From Macrostomum hystrix (taxonomy: Eukaryota; Animalia; Platyhelminthes): a stretch of 64,000 bases of DNA. A model generated the notes under the pieces. It was not told the DNA's origin, ran no database searches, and saw nothing but the letters and a program-made list of their open reading frames with translations. The DNA is taken from positions 24,924,001 through 24,988,000 of the forward strand of contig CATNEN010000038.1 in the NCBI GenBank assembly GCA_950097015.1, read 5' to 3'. Position numbers and translations under genes: made by a program. This document shows, one piece after another, positions 1 through 11,700 of the stretch (its first letter is position 1; the number at the start of each line of letters is the position of its first letter).

Positions 1-371
1 GGCGCTGGGGCGTGAGACCTTGCGGGGGTGGCTGGGGGGCGGGTGTACACTGCCGCGCGCTTTCTGGACTTCCGTCAGCGCGATTGGATAAGTGTACACT
101 CATCACCCGCCCCCCCCTGAGGACTGATTTCTTATCAGCCTTCCGCCCCGGCTTGGTCTGCTATGTGCGTGTGGGGCTGGGGTGGGGGGCACTGCTGCCT
201 ATTCTGGGTGCCTCCTGCCCTCCCCGGCTGGTCTGTGCTGCTGTGTGTGGTGCCTGCTCAGGGGAGGCGGCGCGATGGGCGCAAAAGCGCCTAGTTCGCC
301 GGTCTGGGGGCGTGCCGCTCCGTCGCTTGTGCGACAAGTGCCCCGGGCCCCCCTGCAAATAGATAGATAGA
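1..371 (+). mobile_element. SINE family C, 3' part (copy 1), (ATAG)n tail
   Basis: Near-identical to 31146-31517; ends in AAATAGATAGATAG; 5' end lies outside the window. Confidence 0.8.
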
Positions 372-492
372 GCGTGTGCCTGCGTACAGAATCTGTGTGC
401 GTGTGTGCTCAGGAGTCAGCGAAATGGGCAGAATTGCCTCCTCGCTGGCAAACGATGTGCCATCTCCCACAGTCCTCCTGCAATTATAATAA
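372..492 (+). mobile_element. SINE family A, 3' fragment
   Basis: Reverse complement of the motif GCCAGCGAGGAGGCAATTCTGCCCATTTCGCTGACTCCTGAGCAC seen at ~19000, ~58890 and ~63865; ends TGCAATTATAAT. Confidence 0.75.
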
Positions 493-641
493 ATGTGGTC
501 ATATATGTGAATCCAATTGTGAAAATCGGTACTTTCATCAATATTTTATTCATCAATTCGACAGTGACTGATGTTTTTAGTAATGCATGTTTAGCTTGAA
601 CTAATATTTTTAAAACCTATTTCAAAATTGTCTAATTGTAG

Positions 642-3221
642 ATGAATCAGAGGACGTCTATCGGACTGCAAACCAGTTAAACGAGGACGATAATCTAACA
701 AGATTCAGTGATATGTCGCGTAATTTTGTACTATTACACAGTAGATTAGCTACAGCTGAGAATTCTACAACTGCTGATGTTAAACAGCACCAATCTACTG
801 GTACCGGCGCCACTGCCGCAGCCATTGAAAGCAGTAACGCATCTCTAGAATCAACCGGTACTACTACTAGTAGCGTTGGTTATCCACGCGAAGACAATAA
901 TGTATTAATGCGCAAAGCGGTGCGTTTCATTGACTCGTTTGGACTAGATTTGACTTATACGAAACTATTGGTTGACTTTGACAAGCCGCCTACCGTGCCT
1001 CCTGAGGCACTGTTGTATTTGGATTTGAGTGGTACTCAGGACGACCTAGCTGCTTCAGCTATCGGCTGTTTAACCAAGTGAGCTCACTAGAATATATTCA
1101 GGCAGATTATCGCATCCACATTTGTGGTTTGGGCCATTTCCTACCTATATTTAGGTGGTCCAAGATATAACACTTCCCTCAGGTCATACAAAGCTACTTC
1201 CCTCAGGTCATACAAAGCCACTTCCCTCAGGTCATACAAAGCTACTTCCCTCAGGTCATAGAAAGCCACTTCCCTCAGGTCATACAAAGCTACTTCCCTC
1301 AGGTCATACAAAGCTACTTCCCTCAGGTCATACAAAGCTACTTCCCTCAGGTCATACAAAGCTACTTCCCTCAGGTCATACAAAGCTACTTCCCTCAGGT
1401 CATACAAAGCTACTTCCCTCAGGTCATACAACGCTACTTTCCTCAGGTCATACAAAGCCACTTCCCTCAGGTCATGCAAAGCTACTTCCCTCAGGTCATA
1501 CAAAGCTACTTCCCTCAGGTCATACAAAGCCACTTCCCTCAGGTCATACAAAGCTACTTCCCTCAGGTCATACAAAGCTACTTCCCTCAGGTCATACAAA
1601 GCTACTTCCCTCAGGTCATACAAAGCTACTTCCCTCAGGTCATACAAAGCTACTTCCCTCAGGTCATACAAAGCTACTTACCTCAGGTCATACAAAGCTA
1701 CTTCCCTCAGGTCATACAAAGCCACTTCCCTCAGGTCATACAAAGCTACTTCCCTCCGGTCATACAAAGCTACTTCCCTCAGGTCATACAAAGCTACTTC
1801 CCTCAGGTCATACAAAGCTACTTCCCTCAGGTCATACAAAGCCACTTCCCTCAGGTCATACAAAGCCACTTCCCTCAGGTCATACAAAGCCACTTCCCTC
1901 AGGTCATACAAAGCTACTTCCCTCAGGTCATACAAAGCTACTTCCCTCAGGTCATACAAAGCCACTTCCCTCAGGTCATACAAAGCTACTTTCCTCAGGT
2001 CATACAAAGCCACTTCCCTCAGGTCATGCAAAGCTACTTCCCTCAGGTCACACAAAGCTACTTCCCTCAGGTCATACAAAGCCACTTCCCTCAGGTCATA
2101 CAAAGCTACTTCCCTCAGGTCATACAAAGCTACTTCCCTCAGGTCATACAAAGCTACTTCCCTCAGGTCATACAAAGCTACTTCCCTCAGGTCATACAAA
2201 GCTACTTCCCTCAGGTCATACAAAGCTACTTCCCTCAGGTCATACAAAGCTACTTCCCTCAGGTCATACAAAGCTACTTCCCTCAGGTCATACAAAGCTA
2301 CTTCCCTCAGGTCATACAAAGCTACTTTCCTCAGGTCATACAAAGCCACTTCCCTCAGGTCATACAAAGCCACTTCCCTCAGGTCATACAAAGCCACTTC
2401 CCTCAGGTCATACAAAGCTACTTCCCTCAGGTCATACAAAGCTACTTCCCTCAGGTCATACAAAGCTACATCCCTCAGGTCATACAAAGCTACTTCCCTC
2501 AGGTCATATAAGGCTACTTCCCTCAGGTCATACAAAGCTACTTCCCTCAGGTCATACAAAGCTACTTCCCTCAGGTCATACAAAGCTACTTCCCTCAGGT
2601 CATACAAAGCCCCTTCCCTCAGGTCATACAAAGCCACTTCCCTCAGGTCATACAAGGCTACTTCCCTCAGGTCATACAAAGCTACTTCCCTCAGGTCATA
2701 CAAAGCCTACAAACCAAAATGATAGGCAGCAACAGCAGCAGCAGCAGAAACCCGCCTCAATGCCCAGCCAATCCGGTCGTCCATTTGTGAGCGCCTGTTT
2801 CAGCCTGCCTAGCAACCAGTCGGAACTACTAGGCCTAGTCTCCACCCGAATGATAGCCCTAGAGAGCTGGGAGTTGACCAGCAATTCCTGCCTAGTTAGC
2901 GGCATTGTTCGCGTTAAAAATCTCGGCTACGAAAAGTGCGTCATTGTTCGCGTCAGCTTCAATAGTTGGCTAACATTCACGGACATCTACGCCGCCTACG
3001 TGATCGACTCCAGCGACGGTTGCACTGACCGGTTCTCGTTCTCGTTTGTACTGCCGCGAGATTTCTCAGTTGGCGATCGGGTCGAGTTTTGCTTCCGATA
3101 CGACTGCTACGGCTCGGTTTATTGGGATTGCAATAATGGTCGCAACTATGTGCTGGTCTATTTTACATCTAATCCGGATGCGGCCGATGTTACTAACGCT
3201 GGCTGGTTACATTTCCTTTGA
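642..3221 (+). CDS. Protein phosphatase 1 glycogen-targeting regulatory subunit (PPP1R3 family; RVxF + CBM21)
   Basis: Exon 642-1077 (acceptor TAG at 639-641; first in-frame ATG 713; RKAVRFIDSFGLDL RVxF motif) and exon 2726-3221 (GIVRVKNLGYEKCVIVRVSFNSW...YWDCNNGRNY = CBM21). Phase-2 intron 1078-2725 (AA|GTGAG ... TAG|G) restores frame. Further 5' exons may lie outside the window. Confidence 0.88.
1171..2706. repeat. 24-bp minisatellite CAAAGCTACTTCCCTCAGGTCATA, ~64 copies, intronic
   Basis: Near-perfect tandem copies read directly; fills the PPP1R3 intron. Confidence 0.97.
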
Positions 3222-3269
3222 AGCTGACTTCACATTTCACTTCCATTTGCTTGTTGCTGATTGTTGCTG

Positions 3270-3715
3270 ATCTCCCAATCTCCCCTTCTATCTCCTAATA
3301 TACCCTTCTGTCTCCCAATCTCCCCTTCTATCTCCCAATCTCCCCTTCTATCTCCCAATCTCCCCTTCTATCTCCCAATCTCCCCTTCTATCTCCCAATC
3401 TACCCTTCTATCTCCCAATCTCCCCTTCTATCTCCCAATCTACCCTTCTATCTCCCAATCTCCCCTTCTATCTCCCAATCTACCCTTCTATCTCCCAATC
3501 TCCCCTTCTATCTCCCAATCTCCCATTCTATCTCCCAATCTCCCCTTCTATCTCCCAATCTACCCTTCTATCTCCCAATCTCCCCTTCTATCTCCCAATC
3601 TACCCTTCTATCTCCCAATCTCCCCTTCTATCTCCCAATCTCCCCTTCTATCTCCCAATCTCCCCTTCTATTTCCGAGTCTCCGCTTCTATCTCCCAATC
3701 TCCCCTTCTATTCTC
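3270..3715. repeat. 20-bp minisatellite TCTCCCAATCTCCCCTTCTA, 3' of PPP1R3
   Basis: About 22 tandem copies. Confidence 0.95.
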
Positions 3716-4602
3716 TAGTCTTCAACTATTTCTCCCCTCTCTCCTGTCTCCCCTCGATCCCCCGTATTCTATCTCTCTCCCCTCTCTATCTTCCCGTATC
3801 TGTGTTGTCTCTCTTGCCACTTCTATATATCTCTCTGTCTTGCCTCTAAATTTAATTTCCTCACTTTCTGAAATACCAGTTGGCCCATTGATGTTTGCTG
3901 AGCTCTATTTGCCACCGTGAGCATGCTGATTTAGGTTTTTTATAGTAAAATTTCAATCATTTGTCTAACTTCAGATTGTAAAAAAAGTCATGTTTGTCGT
4001 GGTAGCTTGATGAATAGATGTTAGTTTCTGCTGCTGCTAGTGCTGTCATACTGAGATTTTTCTATTTAAATAAGCTTTAGAATAATTTAGTATAGTCTTT
4101 CATTTAATTTCTAGATCTTTTAATAGTTGACCAAAATAGTTTTGCTTGTAGTTAAGCATTATGTCTACTAAAATTGAATCGATATTTGATAAACATATTA
4201 TGTACTCGATTTCAAAAGTCCAATCGTGATTATTTGTATATTTATAATTAATTTACTTTTTAATTATGTTTTTTCTGAAAAATTGTTTATTTAGTATGAC
4301 TAATGCTTTCAAATAGAAAATAGTTTGTAGTTATGTTCTATGAGCAGTTGTATATAAATAGTTAGATTTTGAACTAGCCAAATAGCTCAATATAATACCC
4401 AACTGTTGTTTTTCTAGAATTAGTTTCTATATTAATTAGTAATCAGCTGGCAGTTTTTGCAGTTGTGTCTTGTTTCTACGCGATTTTTAAAAACAAACAT
4501 TTTCTATTGTTACAACTGGTTAAGTAACTTTTTTCTGCTTTTATACCCTATAAATAGAGGTATACAAACTTATTAAAATGTTAAAATATTAACCTTAAAG
4601 AA

Positions 4603-5230
4603 TAATCCGTTCTGGAATTTTGGAAAAGCCAGGATAATCCGTTCCGGATTATTGGAACAACTAGGATAATCCGTTCTGGATTATTGGAACAGCTAGGATA
4701 ATCCGTTATGGATTATTGGAACAGCTAGGATAATCCGTTTCGGGTTGTTGGAACAGCTAGGATAATCCATTCTGAATTATTTGAACAACTAGGAACATCC
4801 GTTCTGGATTATTGGAAAAGCTAGGATACTCCGTTCTGGATTATTGGAAAAGCTAGGATAATCCGTTCTGGATTATTGGAGCAGCCAGGATAATCCGTTC
4901 CGGATTATTGGAACAGCCAGGATAATCCGTTCTGGATTATTGGAGCAGCCTGGATAATCCGTTCTGGATTATTGGAAAAGCTAGGATAATCCGTTCTGCA
5001 TTATTGGAACAGCTAGGATAATCCGTTCCGGATTATTGGAACAGCCTGGATAATCCGTTCTGGATTATTGGAAAAGCTAGGATAATCCGTTCCGGATTAT
5101 TGGAACAGCTAGGATAATCCGTTCTGGATTATTGGAACAACTAGGATAATCCGTTCTGGATTATCGGAACAACTAGGATAATCCGTTCCGGATCATTGGA
5201 ACAGCTAGGATAATCCGTTATTGATAATTG
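4603..5230. repeat. 32-bp minisatellite with internal hairpin (ATAATCCG-TTC-CGGATTAT), intergenic
   Basis: About 19 copies of GGATAATCCGTTC(C/T)GGATTATTGGAACAGCTA. Confidence 0.95.
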
Positions 5231-5788
5231 GAGCTTTGAAGTTGTCTTTGAAAAAAAAACTAAATAAGTGCTTTATTTATGACAACCATGTAATGGTCTA
5301 AAATAAGTGGGCTATTGACACAATTTTTAGTCCTGCGCGCATTGTTGTAATGAATATCATAAGATGACTCCAAACCCGGAATTATACTTTTTTATTTTTT
5401 TGCGCTAGATAAAAAATGTTCATCATAGATTTTTTAAAATTGCTCTTTGAATTTTTCTAAATGAAACGCAAATAGATTTTCAAGATATTTTTCTGCCTAG
5501 TAAATTCGGTTTTACTTCCTTACTTCTACTGTACTTGGGATTAGTATAAGGAAAAACTTTGTTTCAACAAGACACTTAATTTCTCTATAATTCTAGGACA
5601 TAGAGATAGTGAGTGACGAACTATATAGTACGCTTCATAATTCTCCAATCGGGCGCATAATAGTGTTCTTTTTTAACGGTAGAAAGATCATGAGGAAAGA
5701 CAAGCCATGGTGTATTTCAAATATGGTATATTCCACTGTTTTAAAGCATTTTTTAAATATCTTCCTCGGCAAATTTCAGTAGTGGAAA

Positions 5789-8700
5789 ATGCAGAACCGC
5801 AGCTACAAAGCTGGCGATGTTGTGTTCATAGCTGAGCCTTACGCTGTAGTTGTTCAATCTGCTTATCGTTTGAATCGATGCGATCACTGCTTAGAGAAGG
5901 GCGAAAGGAAATGCTCAGCTTGTAAAGCGGTAAGTTTGATCATTTCTTTTTTTTAGATGTTGACCCTTTATATACTTGTATTTAGTCCTATTTTCACCTT
6001 AATTTGTTACTCTTTATCTCTACCATAACTCACGCACTCACTTTGTTTAACTCAATTGCACTCAGTGTCAGCCCCTGTGTCACTCAGTGTCAGCCCCTGT
6101 GTCACTCAGTGTCAGCCCCTGTGTCACTCAGTGTCAGCCCCTGTGTCACTCAGTGTCAGCCCCTGTGTCACTCAGTGTCAGCCCCTGTGTCACTCAGTGT
6201 CAGCCCCTGTGTCACTCAGTGTCAGCCCCTGTGTCACTCAGTGTCAGCCCCTGTGTCACTCAGTGTCAGCCCCTGTGTCACTCAGTGTCAGCCCCTGTGT
6301 CACTCAGTGTCAGCCCCTGTGTCACTCAGTGTCAACCCCAGTGTCACTCGATTTTCACGCTGTCACCCCATTGTCACTCAGTGTCAACCCGTGTCACTCA
6401 GTGTCAACCCCAGTGTCACTCGATTTTCACTCTGTTACCCCATTGTCACTCAGTGTCAACCCGTGTCACTCGATTTTCACTCTGTTACCCCATTGTCACT
6501 CAGTGTCAACCCGTGTCAATCAGTGTCATCCCAGTGTCACTCGATTTTGACTCTTTCACCCCATTGTCACTCAGTGTCACCACATTGTCACCCCATTTTC
6601 ACTCAGTGTCAACCCCAGTGTCACTCTATTGTCACTCCAGTTTCACTCCATTATCACTCGATTGTCACTCCAGTGTCACTCACTGTCACCCCTGTCCTAA
6701 AACCATCTCACACAGATCGTGTACTGCGGCCGCGACTGTCAGAAAGCCGCCTGGCGTCTTCACCACCGACTGGAGTGTCGCTGTTTAGCCAAGCACAGTC
6801 CGAATGTGCCATCAGAATCAGGTCGCCTATTTTTGAAGCTTCTCTTTCGCTCCGGCATCAGAAGCGCCGGCTCTGGGGATAATTTTGTCAGCGATGACCC
6901 CCTGGGTGCTACTTGGCTGGACTCGGCTGGTATCCGCCCGCTGAAGGATCTGATGAGTCACACCGAGCGGATTCGAGCCGACCCGGACAGAATGCTGGCG
7001 TTTAGCAGAATGTACCAGTCAGTCAGAACGTTTACAGCCGGCGTACTGCCTCAGGAATGCTTGCCTAGTAGCGAATATATACTGGAATTGTTCGGCCGAA
7101 TGGTTGTCAACTCGTTTACTTTGCAGGTGCGAAATGCGAATATTGTGCGAATTGTTTTAAATCTATTGAACATTAGAACTACCAAGGGGGTGACAATTTT
7201 TTGTTGACATCTTCTAAAACAATAATAAAGTCGCCAGCTCTTCAGACCGTCGAGATATTCAATGGTTCTGGTCAAATGTCGGATTTTTCCCATAAGCGCG
7301 AGTGTATTTCATACACCCCAATACACGAATTGGCACTGCGCCTCAGTGCGGCCTTGCCAGGCCTTCAAAATTGATCAGCATGTCACCCGAATGTGCCTGC
7401 ATCAACTCCGTCTTCGGTGGTCACCTACCTTTATCTAGACGGATTTGCTGGACCTTCAAGGGCTACAACTGGTGGAACTAGGCCACTATGGACACCCTGA
7501 CGCGATTCTCTTCAATTTCACTGATCAAGCCTCAATACTAGGCGCAGCTTAACCACAGGAAACCATCGCCTAGTCTGTCAACCAATCAGTCACCACCCAA
7601 CGCTGTTTGCATTCAGTCGCTGCCAAAAAATCTGGAGAGGTGAAGAAAAACCCCCGTTGGTATAAAAACGGGCGGCAAAATGGCTTGGTTGTCCAATTGT
7701 TAAAAAACCAATGATTTAAAATCTAGCTAAATAAAAAGTAACGCTTTCAATACCGAATATTTAAACTTGAGGCACGTGGGTTCAATCTAGCTAAATAAAA
7801 AGTAACGCTTTCAATACCGAATGTTTAAACTTGAGGCACGTGGGTTCAATCTAGCTAAATAAAAAGTAACGCTTTCAATACCGAATGTTTAAACTTGAGG
7901 CACGTGGGTTCAATCTAGCTAAATAAAAAGTAACGCTTTCAATACCGAATGTTTAAACTTGAGGCACGTGGGTTCAATCTAGCTAAATAAAAAGTAACGC
8001 TTTCAATACCGAATGTTTAAACTTGAGGCACGTGGGTTCAATCTAGCTAAATAAAAAGTAACGCTTTCAATACCGAATGTTTAAACTTGAGGCACGTGGG
8101 TTCAATCTAGCTAAATAAAAAGTAACGCTTTCAATACCGAATGTTTAAACCTCGTTAATGGTCGAAGCTGCGCAAATTAAAGCACCGCTTTAAAGGTCAA
8201 TTTCTTTAAAGAGCAAGTAAAAGTAACTTTTAATTGAATCTAAAAGAAACGTTTGAAAACAAAAAATGATAGAAATAATGGAAATTTTATTAAAAAAATA
8301 TTTAACAAAATATTTTTGTGTCGCTCTATAAGTAACGATTTTATTGTTTTTTTAATACTTTTTCGAAGCATTTTTTAGATAGTATTACGGTTTTTCTACT
8401 CATAGTAGTCGTTATGAAATTTAACTATGAAATTTCCTATTCGCCGTTCAGGACTCTTCAAGTCAGCAAATTGGTTCGGCAATGCTTCTATCGGCTTCTT
8501 CACTGGATCACAGCTGTCAGCCAAACGTGCACGCCTATTTTCAATCCGGCAAGATAGTGATGAAATGTATAAGCAATGTTGACAGATTCGATCAGCTGCG
8601 AGTGAATTACTGCAGTACCATGTTTACTAGGCAGCAGCGTAAAGACATCCTCCTCAAGCAATACTACTTCGACTGCGACTGCCCCGCTTGCTCGGGTATA

Positions 8701-11700
8701 GAAACGAATGAATTGAAGTGCAGCAAGTCGGCTTGCCAGGGAGTCTGTCTTGTTGCTCTGGGTGGTGAGTTGGATTCGATACTTTGTCAACGTTTATTAA
8801 AATTGTTAACGCAGGAGTTTTATTTGACTCAAATACAGCGTACATCTAAAACACGCTCACTCCTAATTATACTATACCTAACCCTCACCCGCCTTATCCC
8901 TAAGACTCTTGACTTACTTGACTTAGCGGCAGGGGGCCTCCATGACGGACGCAGCGAGGAGGCGGCTGTTGCCGCCCATATCGCTAACCCCTGGCAGCCA
9001 GACGGCCTCCAGCGAGGCGGTGCCGCTCAGGGTGGTCCGTCGGTCGGTTCCGCCGCGCGATCTTCCTCGCCATAGGCTGGGAAGAAATCAGCTCGGCCGG
9101 TATCCCGGAGGAAGTGGGCGAGCTGAGGGATGTTCTCGGGCGAGCAGGCTTCGGCAAGAGTCGGTGCCGGCCCGAGGTGTTTTAGCCTAGCCCGGGTGAA
9201 GGCCGGGCAGTGGCAAATGAAATGCTCGGCGTTTTCACGGCCGGAGCAGCAGAAAGGACACGTTTCCTCAGGCACGTGGCCTTGGAGGTAGCGGTGTCTG
9301 GTGAAGCAGCCATGTCCCGAAAGGGCCATGGTGACTGCTCTCAGGTCTCTGCGGTTTAGCCTGAGTAAGGCCTTACGCAGGTTACTAGAGGGGGTTGGCA
9401 CCGCAGCCCTGGACTGGCGACAGTTCAGGGTGCTGGACCACCTCCTCCGGTGCTGGGTCTCCATCCAGTGGTTGATGCTGGAGTTGACAACGGAGGCGGG
9501 GATCGGGGATTCCGGGCCCGGGCCCATCAGGGAGCTGGCTGCTCCAGCCTTTGCAAGCTCGTCCGCCATCTCATTCCCTGTGAGCCCGGCGTGCCCAGGG
9601 ATCCACATCAGCTCCACCTTGTTAGACTGCGCCAAACCGTTTAACTGGGTGTTGCAGTCCAAGGTGGTTCTGGAGCGAGAGGTGCAGCGACTGAGGGCCT
9701 TGAGGGCTGCTTGACTGTCGGAGTGAAAAAAGATCCTCCGACCAGCCAGCTGCCTCTGGCGCAGCTCAGCCGCACAGAAACTGATGGCGAGCATTTCGTT
9801 TTGGAAAACGCTTGAGCTCTTGCCACAGTGTTGGGAGTGGGTCCAGAGGACCTCGCCACCCGAGGCGACGCACACCCCGAATCCCGATTTACCGTTCATC
9901 AGGGAGCCGTCAGTGTAACAGTGGACTGCGGGGTCATCCCAGCAGTCCTTTACCTCATTACGAGGGAAGATGCTGACTTTGTACCTGTGGCTCCGGAGTA
10001 AAGTGGCCGGGGCCCCGTCCGAAAGGATGGTGAGCCCTCCGCACTCGCCCAGAGTTTTCAGGCAGAGGTCAGAGTGGGGCAGAAGGGAGCGCTTCGAGAA
10101 GGCTCGCGAATTCTGGAAGGATACACCCGCATCAAGGAGACGACGGGTGGACTTTGCCGCTTCCCCCTTAACAAAAATGTCAATGGGTGTAGCGTTGAGG
10201 AAAGCGTTCATGCCTTCAAAGGGAGTGGAGGGTGGGGCGCCCAGCGTCATGCGACAGGCTCTGCCCTGCACCCTATAAAGCGCCTCCAGGTTTTTCTGGA
10301 TGCTCATGGCACTGGCCCAGATGAGGCCAGCGTAAGCGACTGACGGTCTAATGATCGCCGTGTAAATCCACCAAAGGTTTTTGGGGGTTAGCCCCCAAGT
10401 GGTGCCCACGGCTCGCCTGACTTGCGCCAGAATGGCCAGGGCCCTCTTGGCCTTTGTGGTAATGTGCGGGGTCCAGTTAAGCCTATGGTCTAGCAGGATA
10501 CCAAGGCACCGGACCTGCTTTTCCATGGCAATATTCTTGCCATAGAGAGTCAGAGGCTCAATGGTCCAGCGCAGCCTGCTGGTAAACATAACCGCAACGG
10601 TCTTGGACTCAGAGAGTCGGAGCCCGCATTGGTCCGCCCAGCGCACCGCCCTGTTGATAAAGCCCTGAATGAGGTCCCTGGTGGTTTCCGCCGAGGGGCC
10701 CGCGCAGATGGCGGTCACATCGTCGGCATATCCCACCTTCAGGACTGGGTCAGGCCGAGTGCTTTTTAGCAGCTCATCCATGACGAGATTCCACAGCAGT
10801 GGGGTGAGGACGCCACCTTGGGGCCCTCCTTTTAGGACAGGTGCCGAGAGCACCCTGCCTTCGAGGTGGGCCACCACGTGGCGATTCCGGATCATGTACA
10901 TGACCCAACGGACGAGGTGGGGGTGAGTGGCCCTGGAAACCAGGGCCTTCTCAAAGGCTTCGAAAATAACGTTATCGAAGGCCCCCTCAATATCAAGGAA
11001 AACAGCCAGGGCAAAACCGCTGCCCAGCACTGCCTTCTCGAGAGTCTCCACAATGCAGTGGAGGGCGCTCTCCGTGGACCGGCCCGCCCGAAAGGCGTGC
11101 TGGTTTGGTGAGAGCGGGGCCCGCCCTAGCTCTACAGTAAGAAGGCGCCAGAGCACCAGTCTTTCCATGAGCTTGAGGCAGGTGGAAGTCAAGCTTATCG
11201 GGCGATAAGACTTGACCGAGCGATAGTCGCCTTTGGCGGGCTTCGGGATGAAGACGACCCGGGCTTCATGCCACCGCGCTGGTACGTAGCCCAGCACGAT
11301 GCAGGCCCGTAGAAGTCTGCAGAGGAGATGGAGGAAGCGGCCATTTTTAACCGCTTCATGCAGAAAGGCCGGATATATACCATCTGGCCCAGGTGCTTTA
11401 AAAGGATTGAATGACTTAGCCGCGCGAACGATGCGGTCATTCGTAACGAGTGACTGAGCCAGGCCCTGACCTCCACGCGAGTGGTCGTCTGGGCCGAAGT
11501 GCGCCGGTACACTCGGGAAGAAACACTCCCTAAGACTCACTCCGAATATACACTATCCCTAACCCTCAGCCCCCCAATGTACTCTATCCCTAACCCTCCC
11601 CCAATGTACTCTATCCCTAACCATCCCCCAATGTACTCTATCCTTAACCCTCAACGCCAATGTACACTATCCCTAACCCTCAGCCCCCCAATGTACTCTA

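Noticed and set aside
1141-2703. Long repetitive ORFs (YDLREVAL, QSYFPQVI, and similar at 3261, 6004, 11481, 19086, 22513, 41485, 48947, 51379, 53782)
   Set aside because: They are by-products of stop-free minisatellite units inside introns or spacers; the flanking exons splice in frame without them.
4603-5230. 32-bp palindromic repeat (and the 64-bp repeat at 7721) as a CRISPR array
   Set aside because: Units are head-to-tail with no unique spacers, there are no cas genes, and the context is eukaryotic.
9301-11208. Plus-strand ORFs within the LINE, and minus-strand ORFs opposite Lon, catalase, RBR and Cys-rich exons
   Set aside because: Antisense shadows of GC-rich coding sequence with no motifs.
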